A DNA stretch of 64,000 nt, taken from the IMG/VR virus record IMGVR_UViG_3300035670_000169, positions 5,304-69,303 of that record. One strand, written 5' to 3'. This stretch comes from a virus. Made by a program: the position numbers and the translations under genes. A model generated the notes under the pieces. The model did not search any database, was not told the origin of the DNA, and saw nothing but the letters and a program-made list of their open reading frames with translations. Numbering within the stretch: position 1 is the first letter of the stretch; each line of letters begins with the position of its first letter. Positions 31,152-43,788 of this stretch are shown here, in pieces.

Positions 31152-31915
31152 TATTCAGCTGCTGTTTTTGCTTGAGCGTAATTGTATACATCTGAATCTC
31201 TGAGGTGAACCCCCACCATCTCGGCCATAACGCTGACCAGTTCTGGGACGTAATGCTCTGGAAGCATAAAGTTTCTTGTGTTAAATAGATCTGGTATTTC
31301 TATTCCATTGGAAATAGTTGACGCATAAACTGGACTACCATCAAATAAAACATTTTGAAATGTAATTGACCCAGGCTGTCTGTAGTATGTCATCAGTATG
31401 TCGTCTGTATCGGATGGGAAGACGTATATCTTATCTGCTATAAGGGCGACAGGGAAGTTTCTAGTTGGGCCAGACAGTCTACTGTTCCTGACACTCTCCA
31501 GTATAGACGCATCGTACAGGAGTTCGTATTCCCCAATCACATCGTTTTCATTGCCAGTATTAATTGGTGGGTCTTCATCTACTGGTGTTGCCGCCCCATT
31601 CCTTATTGATATTATTTTGTATAGATTACCAGGTTTAGAGTACTGGTTATTACCCTGAGAGGTAATGGCATGATCTATTACAATAAACGGGGACAGATCC
31701 TCTATCTTTCTTTCTCTGTACGACAACCTGTTCCCCACGTCTACAGATGCTTTAGCTAGTTTCTTTCCTTCAACCAGCTCAGTCATCATCTCATTAAATA
31801 TCTGTCTCTGAGCAATGTCTGCCAGAGAATTAAATACAGCAGAATTTATAAAGCCTTTTTGTTCTTTATTTACAAGATCTTTGAGGGCGTTGTAAACTGT
31901 TATAGTACTAGCCAT
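31151..31915 (-). CDS. tail tubular/head-tail adaptor protein (P22 gp4-like)
   Basis: VYNALKDLVNKEQKGFI..FN..A..AQ motif and YYRQP; the ATG at 31915 lies 4 nt after a TATATTTG box. Confidence 0.7.
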   Translation of the reverse strand: MASTITVYNALKDLVNKEQKGFINSAVFNSLADIAQRQIFNEMMTELVEGKKLAKASVDVGNRLSYRERKIEDLSPFIVIDHAITSQGNNQYSKPGNLYKIISIRNGAATPVDEDPPINTGNENDVIGEYELLYDASILESVRNSRLSGPTRNFPVALIADKIYVFPSDTDDILMTYYRQPGSITFQNVLFDGSPVYASTISNGIEIPDLFNTRNFMLPEHYVPELVSVMAEMVGVHLRDSDVYNYAQAKTAAE

Positions 31916-31919
31916 AGTA

Positions 31920-31927
31920 CAAATATA
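31920..31927 (-). promoter_or_regulatory. -7 box TATATTTG
   Basis: TAnnTTTG consensus, preceded by a hairpin at about 31935-31957 that ends the upstream gene. Confidence 0.65.
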
Positions 31928-31981
31928 AAAAAGAAAGGCCACCCGAATGGATGGCCTATCATTTGGTTATGAACCAGTTAT

Positions 31982-32815
31982 TTAGATCTTCTCAAGCTGT
32001 GCTTCGATAGAAGACAATGCCGTGGATCCACGCTCCGTAAGACAGAATCTAGTCATCACGTCTAAAGGTTGCTGGCCTACAGGAACGGCAACTATAAGGC
32101 TACCCGTGTCGAACCAGTAGCACCCGTTATCTGCGAACTTGATGATCTGATACTGAGACGCTTTGTTCAACACGCTTCTGACCTTCACCATAGGATCGTC
32201 AAAGGCGCTCATGAACTGCTTGGGCTTAGACTTTGCAATCTGCAACAGATCGTACTTGATCTCACTCACAGGTCTGTCTACGTTGACATTGTAGAACATA
32301 GCGACTGGAAGCAGTTCGTCAATCGTCTTCTCCCGAACCATAGCAACTGAATCGAAGATGCTGAACTCGTCTGTAAGTTCTTTCTCTACGTTTCTCTTTG
32401 TGTTTACCAGTCTGAATATACTGCCATTGTTCTCTTCATTGCCTGGGTGGAGGCGAAGGAACTCTTGCAGGTTTGGCTTCTCTCTGGGGACAAACAGATT
32501 CCCATCTCTAAATATGATTGGTTCCTTTTTGGACGAAGGATTCTGTTCGTCGTAGAAAACGCTTGGTTCTCCAGGACAGTATCTTATCTGTCGTACAGAC
32601 TTTGACTCCTCATCAAATATGTTGATGCTGTGCTGATTGAGCATATAGGTGACTCCATGGTCCCCAATAATCTCATACGTAGCATGTTCAACTGGCTTTG
32701 ACTCGTCAAACTCGTAACGAACCAACGGCTTCTTCTTTGCGGTTGTTTGCACCTCAGCCACCTGTGGCTGATTAGCGGGTCTACCTGCGGACCGCTTTAC
32801 TTGTGTTTCTTCCAT
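31982..32815 (-). CDS. conserved hypothetical protein downstream of the capsid genes
   Basis: IRYCPGEPSVFYDEQ...IIFRDGNLFVP...LQEFLRLHP family pattern. Confidence 0.65.
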   Translation of the reverse strand: MEETQVKRSAGRPANQPQVAEVQTTAKKKPLVRYEFDESKPVEHATYEIIGDHGVTYMLNQHSINIFDEESKSVRQIRYCPGEPSVFYDEQNPSSKKEPIIFRDGNLFVPREKPNLQEFLRLHPGNEENNGSIFRLVNTKRNVEKELTDEFSIFDSVAMVREKTIDELLPVAMFYNVNVDRPVSEIKYDLLQIAKSKPKQFMSAFDDPMVKVRSVLNKASQYQIIKFADNGCYWFDTGSLIVAVPVGQQPLDVMTRFCLTERGSTALSSIEAQLEKI

Positions 32816-32824
32816 TTAATATAA

Positions 32825-34144
32825 TTAACCAAGTGGTTTATATCTCTCGTACAATGCTATTGCCAGTCGTGCCGCCTCCGATGCACCAATATCTTTCTCT
32901 ATAACACCAAATCTAGCCAAATGTCCTTTAAATGATTTTGACTTTGTGTCAGACCTGCCCATGCCTAATGACTCTATCAGCAAAGTTCCATCTGTTCTAA
33001 ATGGTTTGGATATAGATCCTTCAGTCATAGATGGTATCAATCCTACTATATCACCAAGATGATTGTGTAGAAATATATTGAAGTTTTTGTCTCTTCTTAT
33101 GATAAACACATAACACGTTTGGTCTTTATTTGGGAACGTGTATGGCGTAGTACCAAGAAGCCCAGCATTTGTCTTTGTTTTTGGTGGTACTCCACCAGGC
33201 TGTATTGTTCCGTTTTCAGCATATAAAGCATGCCTTGTGGAGAACGTTGAACCTTGGTCTGGATCAAATGGGCCAAAGTTCCATGTAGACCCATATATCT
33301 CCGAGATAGAAACTAAAGATGATATATCGGTATCCTTATACCCAACAACAAGATATATCGTATAGTCTCCATGCCCACTAAATGCTTGAGCGATTTCAAG
33401 AGGTGGATCAGCAAATATATCCTCACCACCAGAGAAATCTACAGATCTAGTTGCAAGGCCGTTTGTGTCTCTGTAGCCATAGTCAATTTCAAGTTCATCC
33501 CCTACTATTGTAGGAGAGGTTATTGCTGGACCAACTGAAAAATAGTAGGCTGTTGCCCCCGCAAGCTGGCTTGAGTTTTCCCACGTAGAAAAAGTCCCAC
33601 CAGTTGCGCTGTATCCTGTAAAGTTTGATATGTCAGCAGCATCAAGATCTATGATGGGATATGTGTCTTCTTTGAACTGAATTCCGTTTACAATGAAAGA
33701 CGTAAGACCAGATGGATTTATAAGTATATTCTTCTCGTTAAGGTCTTCTGGGGCACTGTGTATGCGTGCGAAGATGCTCTTTGGGGTCTGCAATTCTGCA
33801 CTCAAGAAGCTGACAAACGAGTTGACAAAGTCAAACTTCATCACACGCTGATTCGTGTCTGTAGACGTTATAAAGTTCGTTATGTCCTCAACCAGTTTCG
33901 CCTCTTCCCCAACCACACACTGAACGTTTACAGTTGTCTTCTTAATCGATTCTCCATCAACAAGATCTACGTGCTCGAATATACCAGAGTTGTTGAACAC
34001 AAGATTCACAAAACCGCTTGTTGCAGTCATGTATGAGAGGCTAGACACAGGGATAGACAGTACACTTACTCCAACACCAGTGTCTGATGCATCGGTACTG
34101 CTAGGCCCTACCTGCTCTTTGTTGAATAGGAAGTATTTATTCAT
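32825..34144 (-). CDS. putative structural/fibre protein with a lectin-like C-terminal half
   Basis: Beta-rich 439-aa ORF in the structural block. Confidence 0.5.
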   Translation of the reverse strand: MNKYFLFNKEQVGPSSTDASDTGVGVSVLSIPVSSLSYMTATSGFVNLVFNNSGIFEHVDLVDGESIKKTTVNVQCVVGEEAKLVEDITNFITSTDTNQRVMKFDFVNSFVSFLSAELQTPKSIFARIHSAPEDLNEKNILINPSGLTSFIVNGIQFKEDTYPIIDLDAADISNFTGYSATGGTFSTWENSSQLAGATAYYFSVGPAITSPTIVGDELEIDYGYRDTNGLATRSVDFSGGEDIFADPPLEIAQAFSGHGDYTIYLVVGYKDTDISSLVSISEIYGSTWNFGPFDPDQGSTFSTRHALYAENGTIQPGGVPPKTKTNAGLLGTTPYTFPNKDQTCYVFIIRRDKNFNIFLHNHLGDIVGLIPSMTEGSISKPFRTDGTLLIESLGMGRSDTKSKSFKGHLARFGVIEKDIGASEAARLAIALYERYKPLG

Positions 34145-34159
34145 ATGAATTAAAGTGAA

Positions 34160-34183
34160 GCAAGGGGGCCGAAGCCCCCTTGC
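34160..34183 (-). terminator. GC hairpin terminator
   Basis: GCAAGGGGGC-TTCG-GCCCCCTTGC followed by TTCACTTT on the - strand. Confidence 0.75.
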
Positions 34184-34189
34184 AATTCA

Positions 34190-34552
34190 TTATACAATAG
34201 CTATTGCTTCAGTAGAGCCAATAAACGCCCAACCAGAACCATTCCAAAACATTGTAACAGATTCGCCGACACCATCTAAGGTGGCAGCATCTATATTCCC
34301 TTCATTATATATGGTTGTTGTTGGGGTTACGAAAACAGACGTTGTTCCAGTATGAGTTATAACTATAGTAGTGCCAGGTATTGTAGCGTCTGGAACAGTA
34401 AATGTCAACGCAGCAGCGCCACTTCCAGTAACTGTTTTAACAAAACTAGAAGTACCATTCCACGATGATGTAGCGCCAGTTCCTCCTATGCCAGCAGCTG
34501 TTTGAACTGCCCCATCTAAAAACAGAGGAAATATGTGATTACTTCTTGCCAT
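34190..34552 (-). CDS. putative capsid decoration/auxiliary protein
   Basis: Small Thr/Gly-rich beta protein directly after the MCP. Confidence 0.55.
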   Translation of the reverse strand: MARSNHIFPLFLDGAVQTAAGIGGTGATSSWNGTSSFVKTVTGSGAAALTFTVPDATIPGTTIVITHTGTTSVFVTPTTTIYNEGNIDAATLDGVGESVTMFWNGSGWAFIGSTEAIAIV

Positions 34553-34573
34553 GATTTCTTTTATTTGTGATTT

Positions 34574-34602
34574 AAGGGGAGAGGCCGAAACCCCTCCCCT
34601 TT
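34574..34602 (-). terminator. hairpin after the major capsid gene
   Basis: Imperfect inverted repeat aaggggagagg/ccctccccttt just past the MCP stop. Confidence 0.6.
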
Positions 34603-34614
34603 CCTCAGGTTATT

Positions 34615-36003
34615 TTATGCAGTCTTCAGGACAACGTGTTGGTTAGCCGCACGAGTGATCAGGTTGATCTCAGAACGGTAGTGGAACGTAGCAACGTCCT
34701 TACCGTTTGTACCGTTATTCGTGTAGCCAAGAACACCACCACCAGTTACCCAGTGCTCAAGCTCTCTGGAGTACCCGTTGGATGCCTTGTAGTTCATCTC
34801 CAGTGCGGGAGACTTAACGCCAGTCCGAGCGTCAGCAACCTGCGACATGGGGATCATAACGCCAGCATACTTAGAGCCAGACAACAGAGTTGGATCGTTC
34901 AGGAGTTTCCAGCTATGCTTATGGAAAGTGTAACCACCTCTGGTGAACGATTTGAATCCAAGCTGTACAGCGAGGTCAGCGTTGTTGTTGAAAGCACCGA
35001 ACTGGCCAGGCAAACCAGCAGTAACCTGCGTAGCAAGTCCGCTAGCCAACATGTCATCGATATTCAACTCGAACGTTCTGTTCAGGTACATGGCATACTC
35101 CATGGGAGCGCCCTGCTTGTCAAGTTCAGTAATGATGAGGTCGATGTCGGCAAAAGACTCAAAGCTGCCAGTATAAACATTACCTCTGTCTTCTACAGCA
35201 GAAATGTACCCTTCAGAACCAGCAAGACCGTCAGTTGAGCTAATCAAATTGTCTGCTTGTTTTGCAAACAGCATCATCAGCTCGCGCTTGTCCATGAATC
35301 TGGCTCTTGCTTCGGACTCTCCGTACATAAACCATCTGTAATCACCATTACCAACGTTTATATATCCAACGTTGGTTGCTTGAGAACCAGTGACCTCGTA
35401 CTTTTCCTTTACAATCATAAAGGGGTTCTTTCTACGAGTGTAACCAGGCTCAATGTAGGATGTTGGCTGATCAGTACCCTGTGGATACATATTCCCAAGA
35501 ATTGCAAGCTCTTGGTTATTTGCAAGAGCATCAGTGTTTGTTGTATCACCAATTGCAGTCAGTTTTGTTACAGTAGTGTTAGTAGCAGTAGCGCTAGAAG
35601 TAGCCTCAACTAAATATCTTGTTCCTGTAGCAATGTTCATAAGAACGTCATATGTTTGGGGGATATATGCACTATCATCATTATTGAAAGTGACGTTAAC
35701 AGCAGATCCACCAGCAAAAGTGAAGGCGTCAGAAGTTTTTGCTTTTCTATGTCTACGCTTTTCTTCAAACCATTCAATTTGGTCTGCCTGTCCAGCGTTT
35801 TTTACTGCACCAGTGAGTGTCAGAAATCCAGTGATACCCTGGTCTCCAAACGTTTTTACAAACAGTTCTCTTACCTGTGGTTTGTTAATGTCAGTCAGAC
35901 CAACAAACTCGTTAAGTGCTGTGTACTTGTCTGGAGTAAGTTTAGTTGCGCCAACGCTATTTACGTTAGTAGTGCTGGCTGCTGTTGTTGCTGATATAGC
36001 CAT
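34615..36003 (-). CDS. major capsid protein (crAss-related HK97 fold)
   Basis: 462 aa. Motifs FGDQGITGFL, IEWFE..R, GSEGYISAVEDRG, LGFKSFTRGGYTFHK; followed by a terminator. Confidence 0.85.
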   Translation of the reverse strand: MAISATTAASTTNVNSVGATKLTPDKYTALNEFVGLTDINKPQVRELFVKTFGDQGITGFLTLTGAVKNAGQADQIEWFEEKRRHRKAKTSDAFTFAGGSAVNVTFNNDDSAYIPQTYDVLMNIATGTRYLVEATSSATATNTTVTKLTAIGDTTNTDALANNQELAILGNMYPQGTDQPTSYIEPGYTRRKNPFMIVKEKYEVTGSQATNVGYINVGNGDYRWFMYGESEARARFMDKRELMMLFAKQADNLISSTDGLAGSEGYISAVEDRGNVYTGSFESFADIDLIITELDKQGAPMEYAMYLNRTFELNIDDMLASGLATQVTAGLPGQFGAFNNNADLAVQLGFKSFTRGGYTFHKHSWKLLNDPTLLSGSKYAGVMIPMSQVADARTGVKSPALEMNYKASNGYSRELEHWVTGGGVLGYTNNGTNGKDVATFHYRSEINLITRAANQHVVLKTA

Positions 36004-36008
36004 TTTTT

Positions 36009-37097
36009 TTAGAGTTTAAAGGTTAGTGTATTGTTTACCCCCATGATTTTTGATATCTGATCGAGTATGGGATCAGAGTCATTTGTTGCCTTCTGCTGGG
36101 GGGTAGCAGCAGATACATTAGCGGCCTTGTTGACTATGTTTCTCTGTCCATCCCCAAGACCTTGCTGATAAGCAGATCTTACAATGGAGTCAATGTTATC
36201 AATGACTGCCATGTGGGATGACATGAGATCGTAGTCCCAAGTACCATCTCTTCTAACATATGTGTCAAAGTAGCTATCGATGTTGGCGTTCTTCTGCTTC
36301 AGGTAGTTTCGGTAGTTATCGTCAACCCCGTACTTAAACGACTTTCCGTTTCCAAGGTCGAACTCAACTCCCTCAAACGTATCAACTTCTTGATACATGG
36401 TCCTGATCCAATTGTCATCGACAAAGCTCTGAGGCTCCTCAAAACCTTGGTCATAGACTGGGGCTTGGTACTGACTTCTAATCTCGTCAATAGACTGCCT
36501 AGCCTTCTGACCGTCGATCTTCAATTGAAGCGTTGACAGTCTAACGTCATTCTCATCGTATACGTCTGGATTCAGTTTGTACTTAGATGAGATCAGCATG
36601 TTGATCTCGTCGTAAGCCAAGTTGGGATACTCCGCAGCCATTTGTATTCTGACGGCAGTCATGTCATCCATTTCGGATGGGTTAAGTGACTGATATCTGA
36701 ACCAATCCTCTGGGGGTCTCCCCGTCTCCTGAACAAAACGGGCGATGGTTTCGATTCGCTCGTCTACTTGGTTCTGGCCAAAGTTTGCAAGGTCGTCGAG
36801 AGACTCGAATTGCGTACCAAGCCTTTCGCTTAGGTAGTTTACAATTGCTTGCTCAACTTCTTGGTCACTGTAGCTAGGGGCAGTAAACGTCTCCTCTACA
36901 TATGGTTGATTTTCTTCTTGTATAGTTTGCGGGGTTTCTTCCGTATTCTCAACAATTGGCTGAACTGGTTCTGCTGTTTCTTGCTCCCCAGAAAAGTCAA
37001 AGTCGAACTTAGGCTGTTCTTGTTCTAGAACCACCCCGTCTTTTTTCATGCTCTCCGCCAGTTCCTCTGGCGAGTTTACGATCTCAAAAGTTTCCAT
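36009..37097 (-). CDS. putative capsid scaffold/assembly protein
   Basis: Acidic N-terminus; located immediately upstream of the MCP. Confidence 0.6.
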   Translation of the reverse strand: METFEIVNSPEELAESMKKDGVVLEQEQPKFDFDFSGEQETAEPVQPIVENTEETPQTIQEENQPYVEETFTAPSYSDQEVEQAIVNYLSERLGTQFESLDDLANFGQNQVDERIETIARFVQETGRPPEDWFRYQSLNPSEMDDMTAVRIQMAAEYPNLAYDEINMLISSKYKLNPDVYDENDVRLSTLQLKIDGQKARQSIDEIRSQYQAPVYDQGFEEPQSFVDDNWIRTMYQEVDTFEGVEFDLGNGKSFKYGVDDNYRNYLKQKNANIDSYFDTYVRRDGTWDYDLMSSHMAVIDNIDSIVRSAYQQGLGDGQRNIVNKAANVSAATPQQKATNDSDPILDQISKIMGVNNTLTFKL

Positions 37098-37116
37098 TTA
37101 ATTTATTGGTATTTAA

Positions 37117-37455
37117 TTACGCGTAGTATGCTATGGCTGCTCCTGAACCTGAAGCCAACGTAAAGCTGGTCCAACGTCCAAAGATCTCCGCAATGCCTCC
37201 TGTAACACCTCCAATCTGTAAGTTGCTTGATGTCACAGCATTATTCCCAGTTGTTCCAGCATGAGCTGTTGTTGCTATGCAAAAAGCCCCATTTGCAGCA
37301 GTAAGGTGTTGGAATGCCGTAAAGGCTGTTCCAACAGCTTGTATCTTGTAGAACTCTTTTCCTTCTGGAGCTATAGCGTTGGTTGTGGCAACAGCAAGTA
37401 TGCTATTGGTTTGGCCAAGGTCAGCTCTAAGATGTTCGTGTGGTGAGTTGATCAT
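37117..37455 (-). CDS. small structural protein
   Basis: C-terminal IFGRWTSFTLASG..IAY pattern of small virion proteins. Confidence 0.55.
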   Translation of the reverse strand: MINSPHEHLRADLGQTNSILAVATTNAIAPEGKEFYKIQAVGTAFTAFQHLTAANGAFCIATTAHAGTTGNNAVTSSNLQIGGVTGGIAEIFGRWTSFTLASGSGAAIAYYA

Positions 37456-37456
37456 T

Positions 37457-37861
37457 TTATGACAGTGTTACAGATGAACTATCCAAGCCGAATACCCCAT
37501 ACTCAATCATTTGGTCAACGATAGTCACATATGCCCTGAGGGTGATGTCATTCTTTATTGGCATAAATGCAAACTCTCCACCAGGGATTTTCAGGAATAC
37601 CGTGTCGTCGGTTGCAGTATCTGTGTATACGTATGCATAGTGTTCTTTCTCGACACCAAGGTTTCTGATAAAAACATATGCGTAGTCTAGCTTGTCACTC
37701 GATTTATATATGGTTATAGCGCCGAGAGACTGTGTGGAAGCAACCTTTGACTTAGTAAGACTACCAGAGTCTATGTTGGCGTTTATACCAACGGCAAGGC
37801 CCAGAGCACTCGAAAGAACGTCTGGGCTATTTACCGTAATAGATGCGTTGAATACAGCCAT
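37457..37861 (-). CDS. small structural protein (paralog of 37861-38256)
   Basis: YVFIRN...GGEFAFMP...IEY. Confidence 0.6.
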   Translation of the reverse strand: MAVFNASITVNSPDVLSSALGLAVGINANIDSGSLTKSKVASTQSLGAITIYKSSDKLDYAYVFIRNLGVEKEHYAYVYTDTATDDTVFLKIPGGEFAFMPIKNDITLRAYVTIVDQMIEYGVFGLDSSSVTLS

Positions 37862-38256
37862 TATTCAAATATGATCATGTATTCGAGTGTCATGTTGACG
37901 GCACTCGGAGTGATCTTAATGTCAGATGTAGGGCCAGCAGACCAAGGCATGAAAGCCCAGTCACCAGCGTACAGTCTACCAATCTCTTGGGTGTTCACCT
38001 TCAACAAGAAGTAGTTTGCTGCTACAGAAGATGTGTTCTTCAGGTATACTTTATGAGCACCATCGTTTGCAAAGTTTGCATCAGATGCAAGTGTGTATTC
38101 AGCAGTGGCAGCCGTGAACTTTCTACCAACACCAGTGGTCTGGTCAAGACCAGTCACAGTAGCAGCCTTGTTGAGCTGCGTGGTCTGAGTCAGAGCGAGA
38201 ATATCATTTGTGAGATCCGCACTCGAAAGCGTGATTGTTGCGTTTGTGGTTGGCAT
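37861..38256 (-). CDS. small structural protein
   Basis: VYLKN...AGDWAFMP...LEY; TATATTTG box at 38275-38282. Confidence 0.6.
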   Translation of the reverse strand: MPTTNATITLSSADLTNDILALTQTTQLNKAATVTGLDQTTGVGRKFTAATAEYTLASDANFANDGAHKVYLKNTSSVAANYFLLKVNTQEIGRLYAGDWAFMPWSAGPTSDIKITPSAVNMTLEYMIIFE

Positions 38257-38285
38257 ATCTTATATGATTTTTTGCAAATATAATG

Positions 38286-38492
38286 TTATTCGTCAATCTG
38301 TTTTCTTGCCAGAAGTATCTTGATCTCCTGTACATCCTTGATTAACTTATCTATACTACTCTGAAGCACAACAGTTTGCTTCTCGTGTATGTCGAGACGC
38401 AGGGCAAGCCTGCTTATTTCTACGTTTAACTTTACATACACACCAACCAAACCAACGGCAAGTATGATTATTTGGTAGACGTTTATATCCAT
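38286..38492 (-). CDS. small membrane + coiled-coil protein (possible lysis accessory)
   Basis: MDINVYQIIILAVGLVGVYVKL followed by a coiled coil; TATTTTTG box at 38500-38507. Confidence 0.55.
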   Translation of the reverse strand: MDINVYQIIILAVGLVGVYVKLNVEISRLALRLDIHEKQTVVLQSSIDKLIKDVQEIKILLARKQIDE

Positions 38493-38521
38493 TGCCCTGC
38501 AAAAATAGTAAAAGTCTATAA

Positions 38522-38806
38522 TCACCACTTTACTTTATTGGCCCAGTAGGCAGCACTCATAGGACCCTTATTTATGTTGCTGGCATGGCGTGCTTTAAAG
38601 GATTCTCGTCTGTTCTTATAGGACTGAGATTCCCCTTCTTTCTTTGGGGATCCAGACACGCCTTGCTGACCAAACCGAATCAGTTTAGTCTTGTCTCCAA
38701 CCTTAGCCAGCACTACGTGAGACTTTGTGGGATGAGATGGAGTAGCCTTGGGTTGATTTACTCCAGACAATCCGTTCTTTTTGAGTATGTTTTTGTAGTC
38801 ACTCAT
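38522..38806 (-). CDS. conserved small basic phage protein
   Basis: Family motif KLIRFGQQG...RRESFKARH...SAAYWANKVKW. Confidence 0.7.
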   Translation of the reverse strand: MSDYKNILKKNGLSGVNQPKATPSHPTKSHVVLAKVGDKTKLIRFGQQGVSGSPKKEGESQSYKNRRESFKARHASNINKGPMSAAYWANKVKW

Positions 38807-39078
38807 TTTGTTATAGATTCTATGTTACCGTTTTTCCAATCGTCAGATAAAACAAACTCTAATGCTTCTTTGTGAGACAAGCCGATTTCTGTCTCTGTTG
38901 ATACCAACTTCACAACAGCTATAGATCTTGTGGGGTTCATTCTCGGGTAATTATAATATAGACTTGAATCAACTTTATCTAGGTCTTCTAAAGATATTAT
39001 TAAATATCTGTTGTTGTTATAATCCATATCTTCCTTTTGTTCCGTTGTAAATGTCAGAAACCAATGTTGATGCGTCAT
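38803..39078 (-). CDS. hypothetical protein (start probably MDYNNN)
   Basis: ORF of the type that commonly follows LamG tail genes. Confidence 0.5.
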   Translation of the reverse strand: MTHQHWFLTFTTEQKEDMDYNNNRYLIISLEDLDKVDSSLYYNYPRMNPTRSIAVVKLVSTETEIGLSHKEALEFVLSDDWKNGNIESITK

Positions 39079-39814
39079 ATTGTTCTACAACACGTAATGT
39101 ATACAAAAACGCCTCAGATATTCTTCCAAGCCAAAAATCTGTTGTCACAGATGTTCCGCTTGCATTTCCTCCACCCATAACATATCTTTCTGCAGAAACA
39201 TTAATAGCTGGAATAGAACCATTTCCACCGCTACTGTACACTGAAGATCCATTTTTATATACAGTAAGTTTTTGATTGAAAATGTCGTGATGGAAACACA
39301 AAAAATTCCATGTGTTAGGCAATATGCTAGTTGTATAAGTAGGGCTAGATATACTATTTAAGAAAGCCATAACAGCATAATCAGTTCCAAGTGCATTAAC
39401 ATTAACACCAAAGTATATGAGGTCAGTAGATCCATTGTCATCAATTCCAAAAATCATTCTTCTTGCGGAAGAAGCGGTGTCATGCCACACCCAAGCACCC
39501 CACACAACTTGATAATTTGAAAATATCCAGTAAGTGAAGTTTCCAGTTGTATTTATACCGTCTGCGCTAGAAGTCACCCCATCGTACTGGAAAAAACTAG
39601 CATTGCCTACTGTAGTAAAAGTAGGGCTTCCGCTAGTTACCCATGGAACAGAAGTTGGTCCAAGGCTTGTAAGGCTAGTCCCTGTTCCTGGATAGCATGC
39701 GGTATTGTTCATGTCTATCCTCCATAACATATTTGAATTATACGTACTCCAGTTATATGGAGTAAATGGAGCTGCTGTATTAGTTCTATGAACTGCGCTA
39801 AAAAATCCTGGCAT
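39017..39814 (-). CDS. LamG/concanavalin A-like lectin domain protein (receptor-binding candidate)
   Basis: CYPGTGT start, NTWNFLCF, LTVYKNG, GRISEAFLY, YNGTKGRYGL. Confidence 0.75.
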   Translation of the reverse strand: MPGFFSAVHRTNTAAPFTPYNWSTYNSNMLWRIDMNNTACYPGTGTSLTSLGPTSVPWVTSGSPTFTTVGNASFFQYDGVTSSADGINTTGNFTYWIFSNYQVVWGAWVWHDTASSARRMIFGIDDNGSTDLIYFGVNVNALGTDYAVMAFLNSISSPTYTTSILPNTWNFLCFHHDIFNQKLTVYKNGSSVYSSGGNGSIPAINVSAERYVMGGGNASGTSVTTDFWLGRISEAFLYTLRVVEQYDASTLVSDIYNGTKGRYGL

Positions 39815-39824
39815 ATTTATTTAA

Positions 39825-43786
<3,962 letters not shown>

Positions 43787-43788
43787 GG

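Noticed and set aside
34636-36019. + strand ORFs of 200, 161 and 118 aa opposite the major capsid gene
   Set aside because: Antisense shadows caused by the strong codon bias of the MCP; no recognisable motifs.
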